Shown here: positions 46,688-55,318 of the stretch, in pieces
Numbering within the stretch: position 1 is the stretch's first letter
Layout of the letters: each line of letters begins with the position of its first letter
Source: Candidatus Paceibacter sp.
GTDB lineage: Bacteria > Patescibacteriota > Minisyncoccia > UBA6257 > 02-FULL-45-10c
NCBI GenBank assembly: GCA_020724845.1
Contig: DYGE01000001.1
Span: 122,664 to 186,663 of the forward strand
Direction of reading: 5' to 3'
Length of the DNA stretch: 64,000 nucleotides
The notes under the pieces: model-generated
Seen by the model: the letters and a program-made list of their open reading frames with translations, nothing else
Told to the model about the DNA's origin: nothing
Database searches by the model: none
Translations under genes and position numbers: made by a program

Positions 46688-48071
46688 TTAAAAATAAATA
46701 ATACAATGCCGCGGCAAAAAATCCAAAAGATTCGGTGACTATCGCCAAACTTATTTTTGAAAATAAATCTATGACCCAAAGCTCATATGACAAGAGCAAG
46801 TTCAAGGCCACTCCCACAATGCCGGCTAAAAAATCGGAAAAAAGTCCAAGACCGCCCATTATGAAACCAAGGCCCATAGTAACAGGGATAACGGAGAGGA
46901 TAAGGATGTTGGCAAGAAAGGAAGTCAGCGAGAACATGCCGAAATTGCCAAGCAGAAGCGGTACGACCGCCAGCTGGGCGGAAACCGTGGTAAGCATATT
47001 CTCTTTCCAATCCAGCCGACCCTTACCATGCATCCCGGACACATCCTGCAGAACCGGCATTAAATAAACGATTCCCAACAAAGCGGCAAAGGAGAGCTGA
47101 AATCCCAAGTCAAACGCCAAAATCCTCGGATTAAATAGGGCCATCGCGAACGCGGCTATGACGATCGCGTTTCGCATGCTGTAAAGACGCTCAGTCTCTT
47201 TCGCCAAAAGCGCTATGATACCCATAATGGCCGCCCTGATGATGGACGCTTCTCCACCGGTCATCAGCACAAATAAAATAATCACTAAGACGCTTAAATA
47301 AAAAGTGGCGCTTCTTGAAAAATAAACGCCGAAAAATCCGGCTGCCACCATAGCGATAACGGAAATATTATATCCGGAAAGAGCAACCAGATGAGTCGTG
47401 CCGCTAAGCGACATCTTCTCCTCAAATTCTTTTGAGAACTCCTGCCGTTCGCCCAAAGTAATGCCGGCCAAAAAAGCGGCTTTTTGCGATGGCAAGCTGC
47501 TCTTGAAAACCCTTATTATCCTGTTTTTCAGGCGCAGCAATGCCGCTTTAACAAAATTGCCCCGGCCGGATTCCAGCAGCTCGATTTGGGCATAGTTAGA
47601 TATGCCGGCTATGTTTTCTTTTTGATAATAATCCAGGAAATCGCCCTCCGGCCGCTTAATAATGCCGCTTATTTTTAGGGAATCGCCGTATTCAAAATCC
47701 GGATATCGCGCGGCGTTAACCTGTATTTGCCCTTTATGCGGGTCGCGCAAATTCACCAGCAGTCTCTGTCGGGATTGGAAATGTTCGGCTTTTCTGACTA
47801 CGCCGGTAACCTCTGACGACTCATCAAAAGGAATTTCTATAAATCCCCGCGCGTAATCAAAAACGAAAAAATATAATCCGCCAATTAACAGCGCCAGCGA
47901 CAAAAAAGCAATCAGAAATTTCCTGAAAAATAAAAAATAGGCTGGCAACAGCAAGCCCAGCAGCAAAACCGCCGACAAACTATTAAAGACGCTAGCGAGG
48001 AAAATTCCTAAGAGGAAAAAGGCGCAAAACCAGAAAGCTAGGTCATGAAGATGCATCCCTCTAAAATACAA
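46656..48071 (-). CDS. comEC: ComEC/Rec2 competence channel, N-terminal membrane portion
   Basis: Polytopic membrane protein of 471 aa with the competence-domain pattern, immediately upstream of the MBL ORF. Confidence 0.65.
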   Translation of the reverse strand: MYFRGMHLHDLAFWFCAFFLLGIFLASVFNSLSAVLLLGLLLPAYFLFFRKFLIAFLSLALLIGGLYFFVFDYARGFIEIPFDESSEVTGVVRKAEHFQSRQRLLVNLRDPHKGQIQVNAARYPDFEYGDSLKISGIIKRPEGDFLDYYQKENIAGISNYAQIELLESGRGNFVKAALLRLKNRIIRVFKSSLPSQKAAFLAGITLGERQEFSKEFEEKMSLSGTTHLVALSGYNISVIAMVAAGFFGVYFSRSATFYLSVLVIILFVLMTGGEASIIRAAIMGIIALLAKETERLYSMRNAIVIAAFAMALFNPRILAFDLGFQLSFAALLGIVYLMPVLQDVSGMHGKGRLDWKENMLTTVSAQLAVVPLLLGNFGMFSLTSFLANILILSVIPVTMGLGFIMGGLGLFSDFLAGIVGVALNLLLSYELWVIDLFSKISLAIVTESFGFFAAALYYLFLIGFLFYERRR

Positions 48072-48111
48072 AAAGGCCCGCCTTGTTACAAGCGCGGGCC
48101 AGAAAAAACAA

Positions 48112-48540
48112 CTAAAGCGTATCAGCGGATCGGGTTAGAAAACTGCCGTCAGGCAACAGAACCGTTATTTCTTGAACTGCCGGGAAAAGCCGGAAAATAG
48201 TATCGGTGTGCTTTTCAGCGGCAAGCAAGATTCTGTCCAGTCGCTCCTCCTCTTGTCTTTCTTTGCATTCCTCTAGGAGACGATCCGCGGCCGCCTTCAG
48301 CTGCTCTTTATGGCGCTGAAGGACCCAAGCAACGGTTTCCTTTCTCTGCCTTGCCAAATCCTTCTCCAGTTCGCCACGATAATACCGATCGGCGTCGCGG
48401 TGCTTTTCCAGCCGCACTCTCTTCAGCCATTCGGCGTGGCTTTGCGAAATTCTTAGAGCGCGCGCCACTTCCTGGACGCTCGCCCCTCTACGGAACAGCA
48501 GGTCGGACTCGCTGTAAAGATCGCTCTGTTTTAGCCTCAC
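48112..48540 (-). CDS. Hypothetical protein with an N-terminal HTH-like segment
   Basis: QEVARALRISQSHAEWL, in a 142 aa ORF. Confidence 0.3.
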   Translation of the reverse strand: MRLKQSDLYSESDLLFRRGASVQEVARALRISQSHAEWLKRVRLEKHRDADRYYRGELEKDLARQRKETVAWVLQRHKEQLKAAADRLLEECKERQEEERLDRILLAAEKHTDTIFRLFPAVQEITVLLPDGSFLTRSADTL

Positions 48541-48611
48541 AGCTTACCTCCAAAGATTGTACGGCCTTGCACTAGCGATATAATAACACGAAAAGTAACT
48601 TAATGCAAGAT

Positions 48612-48908
48612 CTACCGCGCTTGCTTGCCGATTTTTAAAAAGTCCTTCATTTCCCTTATTAAACCATCCCATTCTTCATCCCGAATCTGGCTTAAACCGG
48701 GGACTTTATCCTCTAAAAATTTATTGATCTCTGTGGCGCTGCCGCTTTCGGCTAACTGGTTAAACTCCGCCTGGTCCTCCTTGTTTAATTTCTCATAAAC
48801 CCTTAATAAGAGCCGCCTTAAAAGCGAATCCGCCAGCTGAACCATCACCTGATTCTTTTCTTCTTCGGTAAATTTTTCCAATCCGAGTTCTTTAATTAAA
48901 TCCGCCAT
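48612..48908 (-). CDS. Hypothetical small protein
   Basis: A 98 aa ORF. Confidence 0.3.
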   Translation of the reverse strand: MADLIKELGLEKFTEEEKNQVMVQLADSLLRRLLLRVYEKLNKEDQAEFNQLAESGSATEINKFLEDKVPGLSQIRDEEWDGLIREMKDFLKIGKQAR

Positions 48909-48949
48909 ATATTCATTATACTAGATTGTTGTCAGTTGTTAATTGTTTC

Positions 48950-50980
48950 CTAGTACCATGGGGTCGGCATCCTCTGTAAAAACTGCTCAATAGTTAAATT
49001 CGCTTTGTCAGCTGAATACCACGGCCTCAATAAATCGGCTAATTTTCTCTGCCTGAATATTTCTTCTGCCCTGGCTTCTTGCGGGCTGGCAAAAGGTATC
49101 TCTTTAGAGAAGAAGTAGTCGCCCCACCAGGATCTTCCTCGATGAGCCATAAATTCCTTGACTGTCATATTTTTAACCGCGTCGTACTGCTCCAAGCTTA
49201 GCCTGGTATTCCGCCAAATGTAATCATTATAGCCCTCCACCGCGTTCGCGTAAGATTCCGCGTTGCTGAACTCCGCGAATAAATCAGAAAAATCTTTACC
49301 GCCTTCTTCCGGTACCACCTCTCCCATCTTGTCAAATAGGCCCTTTAAGATATCTTCTTTTTCTCCTAAATTGCCATGCTCAAAATGGAAGCGAAGATTG
49401 CGGATTTCATTAGCGTCGAGCTGATTATCTCTGAAAGCTTCCGCGGCGTCTTCAGCAACAGCCGTTTCTAGCCACTTCGGCGGCTGTTTTCCGGCCTGTT
49501 CATACATAGCGTATAAATCCTGATTCGTGCCAATAGAAAGCTTATCTTTTACATCAATGACTTCAAAATGGCCCGGCCCGCCTCCTTCTCCGACGATAAA
49601 ACGAACCTGATCGCCCTCATGAACCAAAGCAATGTCTTTAATAGGAACTTTAACGCCATCAACTTCAACCGTGGAGTTTTCCCAAGCGGCCCGAAATTCT
49701 TCCGGAGACATTTTCGCTTCCGCCGCCAGCGCTTGAGCGGCTCCAGAAACGCTTCCGCCTTTTTCTATAGTGTGCAAATATTCTAAAGTTTCGCTTGCCT
49801 TGATAGCCTCTTCCGACGAAGATCCTTCAGGAATAATCGGTGATTTCTCTTTAGCAATTTCTTCAGGAGAAACTACAACGCCTTCCGGGCTTCCGCCGAA
49901 AAGCTTCATAACATTTTCAACAGCATGCATTGCTACTCCAGACCCGACTAAAGTGCCAAGCGTACCCGCCATTAAATAACGCCTGAAACGCATCTTATTT
50001 TCCCACTCCTTAAGATCGCCCATAACTCCCGCCATCTTACTCTCCAAAGCCGCATCACTTAATTTCAGGTAATTCACCATATCAGTAGCTGTTTTGACTT
50101 CCCTTTTTTCCAAGCTTTCCGATACCGCTCTTTGGTATTGCTCAATCGCTTCCACATTCAATGCTTTTTCCTGAGACTTTTTCAGCCAGCTTTCTAAACC
50201 GACGCTTAATGCGCCACTTGCCAAAACCTTCTGGAGAGCATATTCGCCGGTTATCAGCGCTCCAAGGGCCAATCCGACTCCCCCGCCAGTTCCTGCCGCG
50301 ACAACCGTTCCACCGACCAATGCGCCGGCCAAGACCAGTTTTGTCTTTAGAGGAGCGCTCTTATAATCCTCTGCCAGCTTTCTAAAGAAACCCAAAAACT
50401 TATTTCCAGCGCTAACTTCCTTGGTCTTAGCTTCGGCCTCAAATTGGCTTTTGAGATTGTATACCTTAGTAAATTCACTAACCAAAAATTGGGTGCCGCC
50501 TTTTTCCAATTCCGCCTTCCTTTCTTCATCTTTCAGCCCCTTTTCATCCATTTCCTTTTCCGCTGCGTTCAATCTCTGCTGAAGATAAATTTGCCTTTCC
50601 GTAAAGTATTCCTTTTGAGCCGCTTCCAAATCCGCCAGCATCTGCTTGGCTTTAGGGTCAATTTCAAAATGCCTGGCCTTTTCTTCTTCAGTTAAGCTAG
50701 TACTTTCTAAACCTTCCTTCCTTTTATCAATCTGCAATTTAGCCCGCAGGTATTTTTCGCGCGCCTGATCTAAAAACTCTTCCGGAGCTTTTTCTTGAAT
50801 CTCCGGCTCCGCGCCTTCTTCCCAAGCTGGCACCAATTCTGGTTCCTCCGAAGTTTCTCCGGTTGTCCTGACTTTAATTTCGGGGAGATCATCGCTTTCC
50901 ACGGTCGGCAAAACCGGCCTTTCTTTCGGCTTTTCTTCTTGTGGATTTAGCTGGGGATTTTTTGGAATTTCCGCGGCCAT
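48950..50980 (-). CDS. Large hypothetical protein with a central Gly-rich TM segment
   Basis: A 676 aa helical, charged protein with a central LVLAGALVGGTVVAAGTGGGVGLALGALITG segment. Confidence 0.35.
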   Translation of the reverse strand: MAAEIPKNPQLNPQEEKPKERPVLPTVESDDLPEIKVRTTGETSEEPELVPAWEEGAEPEIQEKAPEEFLDQAREKYLRAKLQIDKRKEGLESTSLTEEEKARHFEIDPKAKQMLADLEAAQKEYFTERQIYLQQRLNAAEKEMDEKGLKDEERKAELEKGGTQFLVSEFTKVYNLKSQFEAEAKTKEVSAGNKFLGFFRKLAEDYKSAPLKTKLVLAGALVGGTVVAAGTGGGVGLALGALITGEYALQKVLASGALSVGLESWLKKSQEKALNVEAIEQYQRAVSESLEKREVKTATDMVNYLKLSDAALESKMAGVMGDLKEWENKMRFRRYLMAGTLGTLVGSGVAMHAVENVMKLFGGSPEGVVVSPEEIAKEKSPIIPEGSSSEEAIKASETLEYLHTIEKGGSVSGAAQALAAEAKMSPEEFRAAWENSTVEVDGVKVPIKDIALVHEGDQVRFIVGEGGGPGHFEVIDVKDKLSIGTNQDLYAMYEQAGKQPPKWLETAVAEDAAEAFRDNQLDANEIRNLRFHFEHGNLGEKEDILKGLFDKMGEVVPEEGGKDFSDLFAEFSNAESYANAVEGYNDYIWRNTRLSLEQYDAVKNMTVKEFMAHRGRSWWGDYFFSKEIPFASPQEARAEEIFRQRKLADLLRPWYSADKANLTIEQFLQRMPTPWY

Positions 50981-51008
50981 TATTTAAATAATAGTACAGG
51001 CCGGTTTT

Positions 51009-52343
51009 TTAGACAATCACGCCTCCGCCAAGCATCATTATAGAATTTGAACCCTCCTTCGCTGAAGCTTCCGCCTTCGCCAAGGCTTCGGCGGACAGGT
51101 CGGCGGGCAAGTAAAACACCGCCGATTGCCCAGAGGCAACAAATTTTTGAGGTTGGCTAAATACAAGCTTGAATAAAGAATTATGAATCACGAATGATGC
51201 GGGAACTAGCGGCTGCCTATAGCGCACTCGCGCTAAAACTGGAACGCTTAATTCCTTATTCTTAATTCCCCTGCCGCCTGCCCGGCCAGGGGGCAGGCTT
51301 AATTCCATATTTACAAGATTCACATCTCTTAACTCAATCTCCTTTTTGTAAAGCATCGGGTCGTCCTCCGAAGCTATAACGACAGTATTAGTTTTCACAT
51401 CCTTGCTCGCCACATAAAATGGTTGTTGGTTATTAGTTGTCGGTTGTAAGTTCACCCCTATGCGCCTTTGGCCGATCGTATAAAAATACGCTCCGCTATG
51501 CTTTCCGACTGTTTCGCCAGCGGAATTCAAGACTAAGCCCATTTTTTCCGGAATGTAATTACCCAAAAAATCCTTAAGCGTAACCTGCCCAAGAAAACAA
51601 ATCCCCTGCGAATCCTTTTTCTCGGCGTTCGGCAAGCCAAATTTCTTTGCCAGCTTCCTCACCTCCGGCTTGGTATATTCACCAATCGGAAACAAACAAT
51701 GCCGTAGCTGCTCCTGCGTCAGCGTCCATAAAAAATAGCTTTGATCTTTATTTTTGTCTTTAGCGATATATAAAGAAAAAATATTTTGGGTCAATCTGCC
51801 GAATTGTCGTGGAGAAACTACGGAAGCGCCAAAAGATTGGTTTCCGCTGAAGGCGGAATTTTGGCGCTGAGGCGTAGCGGGCACTCGCCGCTGGAGCGAG
51901 TGAACCGCGGTTCTCGCAGACGATTCGACTGAGCGACTTCTGCCCAAGCGGACATAGTGCCCGGTCGCCACATAGTCCGCCCCCATTTCCAATGCCTTCT
52001 GCAGAAACAATCCAAACTTAATCTCCTTATTGCACATCACATCCGGATTCGGCGTAAGACCTTTGCGATATCCGTCAACCATATATTCAACCACTTTATC
52101 TTTATATTCCTGCTCCATGTCAAAAACATAAAATGGAATGCCTAAAACCTCCGCCGCTCTTCGCGCGTCCTCCGCATCCTGTTCCGCGCAACCGTCAACG
52201 TTGTAGCACTTTAAATGCGCGCCAACCACGTCAAAACCGCGCTCTTTCAAAAGCGCCGCCGCAACAGACGAATCCACTCCCCCGCTCATTCCCACGAATA
52301 CCTTTTTGATCTTTTTACTTTTTGGCATAGCTATAAAATACAA
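51009..52343 (-). CDS. mnmA: tRNA-specific 2-thiouridylase, with a low-complexity insertion of about 60 aa
   Basis: PP-loop VGMSGGVDSS, then CNKEIKFG, ATGHY and DQSYFL motifs. An Ser/Arg/Gln-rich insert lies between HYVR and DQSYFL. Confidence 0.8.
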   Translation of the reverse strand: MYFIAMPKSKKIKKVFVGMSGGVDSSVAAALLKERGFDVVGAHLKCYNVDGCAEQDAEDARRAAEVLGIPFYVFDMEQEYKDKVVEYMVDGYRKGLTPNPDVMCNKEIKFGLFLQKALEMGADYVATGHYVRLGRSRSVESSARTAVHSLQRRVPATPQRQNSAFSGNQSFGASVVSPRQFGRLTQNIFSLYIAKDKNKDQSYFLWTLTQEQLRHCLFPIGEYTKPEVRKLAKKFGLPNAEKKDSQGICFLGQVTLKDFLGNYIPEKMGLVLNSAGETVGKHSGAYFYTIGQRRIGVNLQPTTNNQQPFYVASKDVKTNTVVIASEDDPMLYKKEIELRDVNLVNMELSLPPGRAGGRGIKNKELSVPVLARVRYRQPLVPASFVIHNSLFKLVFSQPQKFVASGQSAVFYLPADLSAEALAKAEASAKEGSNSIMMLGGGVIV

Positions 52344-52395
52344 TCATTTTTAATGAAAAGCAAATATATTTTTCGTTATCTATTATGGCCGTTCG

Positions 52396-53697
52396 TTATT
52401 TATCAGTTGTAAGTTGCGGGTCGTTTGTCACTTTGTATACATCCCCCGCGCCCATAGCGATAATCATGTCTCCTTTCTTCGCCTCTAATATTAGAGCCGC
52501 GCGCGCATCAGCAAAAGAACTTACGTATCGCGCGTTTTTGTGGAATTTCTGCATTTTCTCCACCAAATCCCGCGAGTGGGTGCCATCGTCTTTTTCCCGC
52601 GCCGCGTAAATGTCCGCCACCAGCACCGCGTCCGCGTCACCAAAGCTTTTCGCAAAATCATTCATTAATAATTTCGTCCGGCTGAAAAGATGCGGCTGGA
52701 ACACACAAAAAACCTTGCGTTTACCCTGGGCTTGTCGAAGGGCCGCTAATGTGGCTCTGATCTCCGTCGGATGATGGCCGTAGTCGTCATACACCAGCGC
52801 GCCGCTTTTAGTCTTTCCTTTGTATTCAAATCTCCGCCAGGTGCCGCCGAACTCCTTCAGCGATTTTGCGGCCTGCTTCACATTCGCTCCAAGAATTTTA
52901 GCCACCGCCAGCGCCGCCTGCGCGTTTTCCTGATTGTGCCTGCCGATCAGTTTCAAATTTAGATTCCGCGGCATCTTGGTATAGTCAACCACAGTACAAC
53001 GCGTGCTCCTTACTATTGGAGCAAGATATTTCCCATTCGGATTGCATACGATAAAGCCATCCGGACCGGCCTTCTTCACAAATTCAGTAAACGCCTTCTG
53101 GATATTTTGAACCGTCCCATAATAATCCAAATGGTCGTTATCAATGTTGGTAACCACCGCGATCTTCGGATGAAGGTTGAGGAAAGATTTTTTATACTCG
53201 CACGCTTCCACCACAAAATAATTGCTTTTGCCGGCAACAAAGTTACTTTCTCGCCCTGAGCCAGTCGAAGGGTCTCCTTTAAGGAGGCTGCCGACAATAA
53301 TCGTCGGATCCAATCTTAAATCCCGAAGCATAGTGCCAATCATCGCCGTAGTAGTTGTTTTTCCATGAGAACCGGATACCGCGATAGTATATTTGTCTTT
53401 GGAAATTTCACCAAGCATTTCAGGATACGACAACGTTCGAATGCCAAGATTTTTTGCTTTAATCAATTCCGGATTATCTTCGCGGATCGCCGGCGAGTAC
53501 ACCACCAGATCAACATCCTTATGTAAATTTTTCTCGTCATGCCCAAAATAAATTTTCGCCCCAAGTTTTTGCAACTCTTCCGTAATCTCCGACCGGGACA
53601 TATCCGAACCAGTGACGCTTTTGTTTTTCGCTAGCATCATCCTCGCAATCGCCGAAACCCCGATGCCTCCGACGCCTATGAAATGTGCTCTTTTCAT
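52396..53697 (-). CDS. murC: UDP-N-acetylmuramate--L-alanine ligase
   Basis: HFIGVGGIGVSAIA N-terminus and a Mur ligase P-loop GSHGKTTTT. I chose the start at MKRAHF. Confidence 0.85.
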   Translation of the reverse strand: MKRAHFIGVGGIGVSAIARMMLAKNKSVTGSDMSRSEITEELQKLGAKIYFGHDEKNLHKDVDLVVYSPAIREDNPELIKAKNLGIRTLSYPEMLGEISKDKYTIAVSGSHGKTTTTAMIGTMLRDLRLDPTIIVGSLLKGDPSTGSGRESNFVAGKSNYFVVEACEYKKSFLNLHPKIAVVTNIDNDHLDYYGTVQNIQKAFTEFVKKAGPDGFIVCNPNGKYLAPIVRSTRCTVVDYTKMPRNLNLKLIGRHNQENAQAALAVAKILGANVKQAAKSLKEFGGTWRRFEYKGKTKSGALVYDDYGHHPTEIRATLAALRQAQGKRKVFCVFQPHLFSRTKLLMNDFAKSFGDADAVLVADIYAAREKDDGTHSRDLVEKMQKFHKNARYVSSFADARAALILEAKKGDMIIAMGAGDVYKVTNDPQLTTDK

Positions 53698-54431
53698 AAA
53701 CCCCACCCCTTTATTGCCTTTTCCCACCTCTGCAAATTCCCACAGTCAAACCATTTGCCGCTTGATTTATAAGCCGCCAGCTTACGCTCCGCCGCTAGCT
53801 TGGGAAACAAGTCTTTTTCAATCATTAAAAATTTCTCCCCGGCTTGGATTTTGCCAGCCAGATGTTCGCGAACCTTCGGATCAATCAGATAAAGGCCGGA
53901 AGAAATAAAATTCGTCGGCGGATTTTCCGGTTTTTCTAAAAAATTACAAATGTGATCGCCCTCACAAATTAATACGCCATATTCGTTCGGGTTCGGCACC
54001 TCCACCGCCGCAATCGTCGCCAGCCCACGAACTTTTTGATGATGCGCAGCCATCGCAGAAAGATCTACTTCTTTCAACTCATCGCCGTTCGTCAAAAAGA
54101 ACGGCTCATCTCCGGTCCAGGTATGAAGCTGGTGCGCCCAATAGCCGAAAGTGCCCATCGGCTCCTCTTCCGCCATCAGATTAATCCATAGTCCGTTAAA
54201 ATTATTCTGATAACGCCTTAGCCACCAGGAAAAATCCTCCAGATCATCTTTACGTACGGTAATCGCCACCTCCTCTACCCCGTGCGCCTTAAACATTCCA
54301 ATGAGGTAGTTGATGATCGGCTTTTTATTCACCGTAAGTAGCGGCTTAGGAGTTTCCAAAGTAACCGGATAAAGCCGAGTTCCTTTCCCGCCGGCAAGAA
54401 TAATCGCCTTTTTAATTCTTATTCCGTTCAT
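53694..54431 (-). CDS. Sugar-phosphate nucleotidyltransferase (G1P thymidylyl/uridylyl- or mannose-1-P guanylyltransferase-like)
   Basis: N-terminal AIILAGGKGTRLYPVT motif. Confidence 0.7.
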   Translation of the reverse strand: MNGIRIKKAIILAGGKGTRLYPVTLETPKPLLTVNKKPIINYLIGMFKAHGVEEVAITVRKDDLEDFSWWLRRYQNNFNGLWINLMAEEEPMGTFGYWAHQLHTWTGDEPFFLTNGDELKEVDLSAMAAHHQKVRGLATIAAVEVPNPNEYGVLICEGDHICNFLEKPENPPTNFISSGLYLIDPKVREHLAGKIQAGEKFLMIEKDLFPKLAAERKLAAYKSSGKWFDCGNLQRWEKAIKGWGL

Positions 54432-54471
54432 ACACCTAAATATAACCTATTTCCGGTCTGCAGGGTTAACC

Positions 54472-54499
54472 AAAAAAATATCCACGTCCGAAGACGTGG
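54472..54499 (-). terminator. Intrinsic terminator ending the GC-rich non-coding transcript
   Basis: On the minus strand CCACGUCUUCGGACGUGG is followed by AUAUUUUUUU. Confidence 0.65.
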
Positions 54500-55100
54500 A
54501 TGAAGGGGGTCGGAAAACGCACTTGGCGATCCTGAAAGGCGAGGTTTTCCCTGGCCTTAATCAAGTTCGCTTATCAGTATCCAGCTTGCCCCGATGTTAT
54601 GGGTAAGCGGGCGGGAATCAGATGTTGAAGGCCAGAGATCCGGCGCGCGCGATTGGCGCGCGGCCCATGGATTGCCTTCTTCCGAGGATTCCCACTGGAT
54701 ACTTGTCACCCTGCATTTCGCAAGGCTGCGTTTTCCGGTGAAGGTACGAAAGAGAAGTGGCTTTTGCCGGTGCTTGATTTACTCGCGTGCTTCAGACGCA
54801 TTTGCGAAGTAAATCCCGACAGGCCCGGATGTCGCGACACCCGAGACGCTCCATATGGGAACACAGCCCATAGAAGCGAAGCCGACCTGATGCGCCGAGG
54901 GAGCGAGTCACGGGGGATCGTGCCCGTTCCTTTGTACCCCACCAACTCCGCCTCAATTGCGGTAGCTGGACTCGGTGACCAGGTTCTAACCATCCCAGAG
55001 CGTTGTTGCGCCCTGGGTGCATTCTCCGCGGCGCCAGCCGACGCCCCCGTATCGGGAGGGCCAGCTCGTTCTGCGCCTGACCGGAGAAGATTTTCAAGGT
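54500..55100 (-). ncRNA. Candidate large structured ncRNA, or an unusually long attenuator-type leader, of about 620 nt; identity unknown
   Basis: About 58% GC against about 45% around it. It has no credible ORF in any frame; the six-frame ORFs here are Arg/Ser/Pro-rich artefacts that overlap on both strands. It is bounded by a consensus promoter (55108-55135) and the intrinsic terminator (54472-54499), and contains many local GC helices. Confidence 0.45.
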
Positions 55101-55107
55101 TAGGGAC

Positions 55108-55135
55108 ATTATAGCATAATAACAGAATCTGTCAA
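55108..55135 (-). promoter_or_regulatory. Consensus sigma70 promoter firing leftward
   Basis: On the minus strand TTGACA (55135-55130), a 16 nt spacer, then TGCTATAAT, an extended -10 (55116-55108). The -35 hexamer is supplied by the GGGGTTGACA end of hairpin repeat H6. Confidence 0.55.
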
Positions 55136-55215
55136 CCCCTTAGTAGAACTTCGGCTAGGCCGCCTTTAGCGGCCTTATCGCTGAAAGCCACCGAAGTTTC
55201 ACTAAGGGGTCAAGC
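55131..55215. repeat. GTCAACCCC-foot hairpin repeat H6
   Basis: gtcaacccc-ttagtagaacttcgg ... ccgaagtttcactaagggg-tcaagc, with an inner hairpin ggccgcctttagcggcc. Confidence 0.55.
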
Positions 55216-55318
55216 TCTATGACCAAAAACTCTTTGTAATTCACCTTCACAATGTTCGGAAATAAAGAAGGAGGCTCGCTGTTGAAAATTTTTTAGTAGG
55301 ATACTATAATTCAAAAAC

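Noticed and set aside
54500-55100. Identification of the GC-rich transcript as RNase P RNA, tmRNA, SRP RNA or a T-box leader
   Set aside because: I looked for the RNase P conserved regions (GGAAAGUCCGGGCUCC, ACAGARA, GGUAAACCCC, ACAGAANCCGGCUUA). I also looked for tmRNA ends (GGGG...UCGACGGG, GGUUCGAxUCCC...CCACCA) and the T-box motif. Only weak, non-collinear resemblances turned up, so no named family is assigned.
54594-55114. Overlapping ORFs of 72, 153, 95 and 105 aa on both strands in the 54.5-55.1 kb GC-rich region
   Set aside because: They overlap one another and are Arg/Ser/Pro-rich. The 105 aa ORF would start inside the -10 box of the only promoter. I read the region as non-coding RNA instead.
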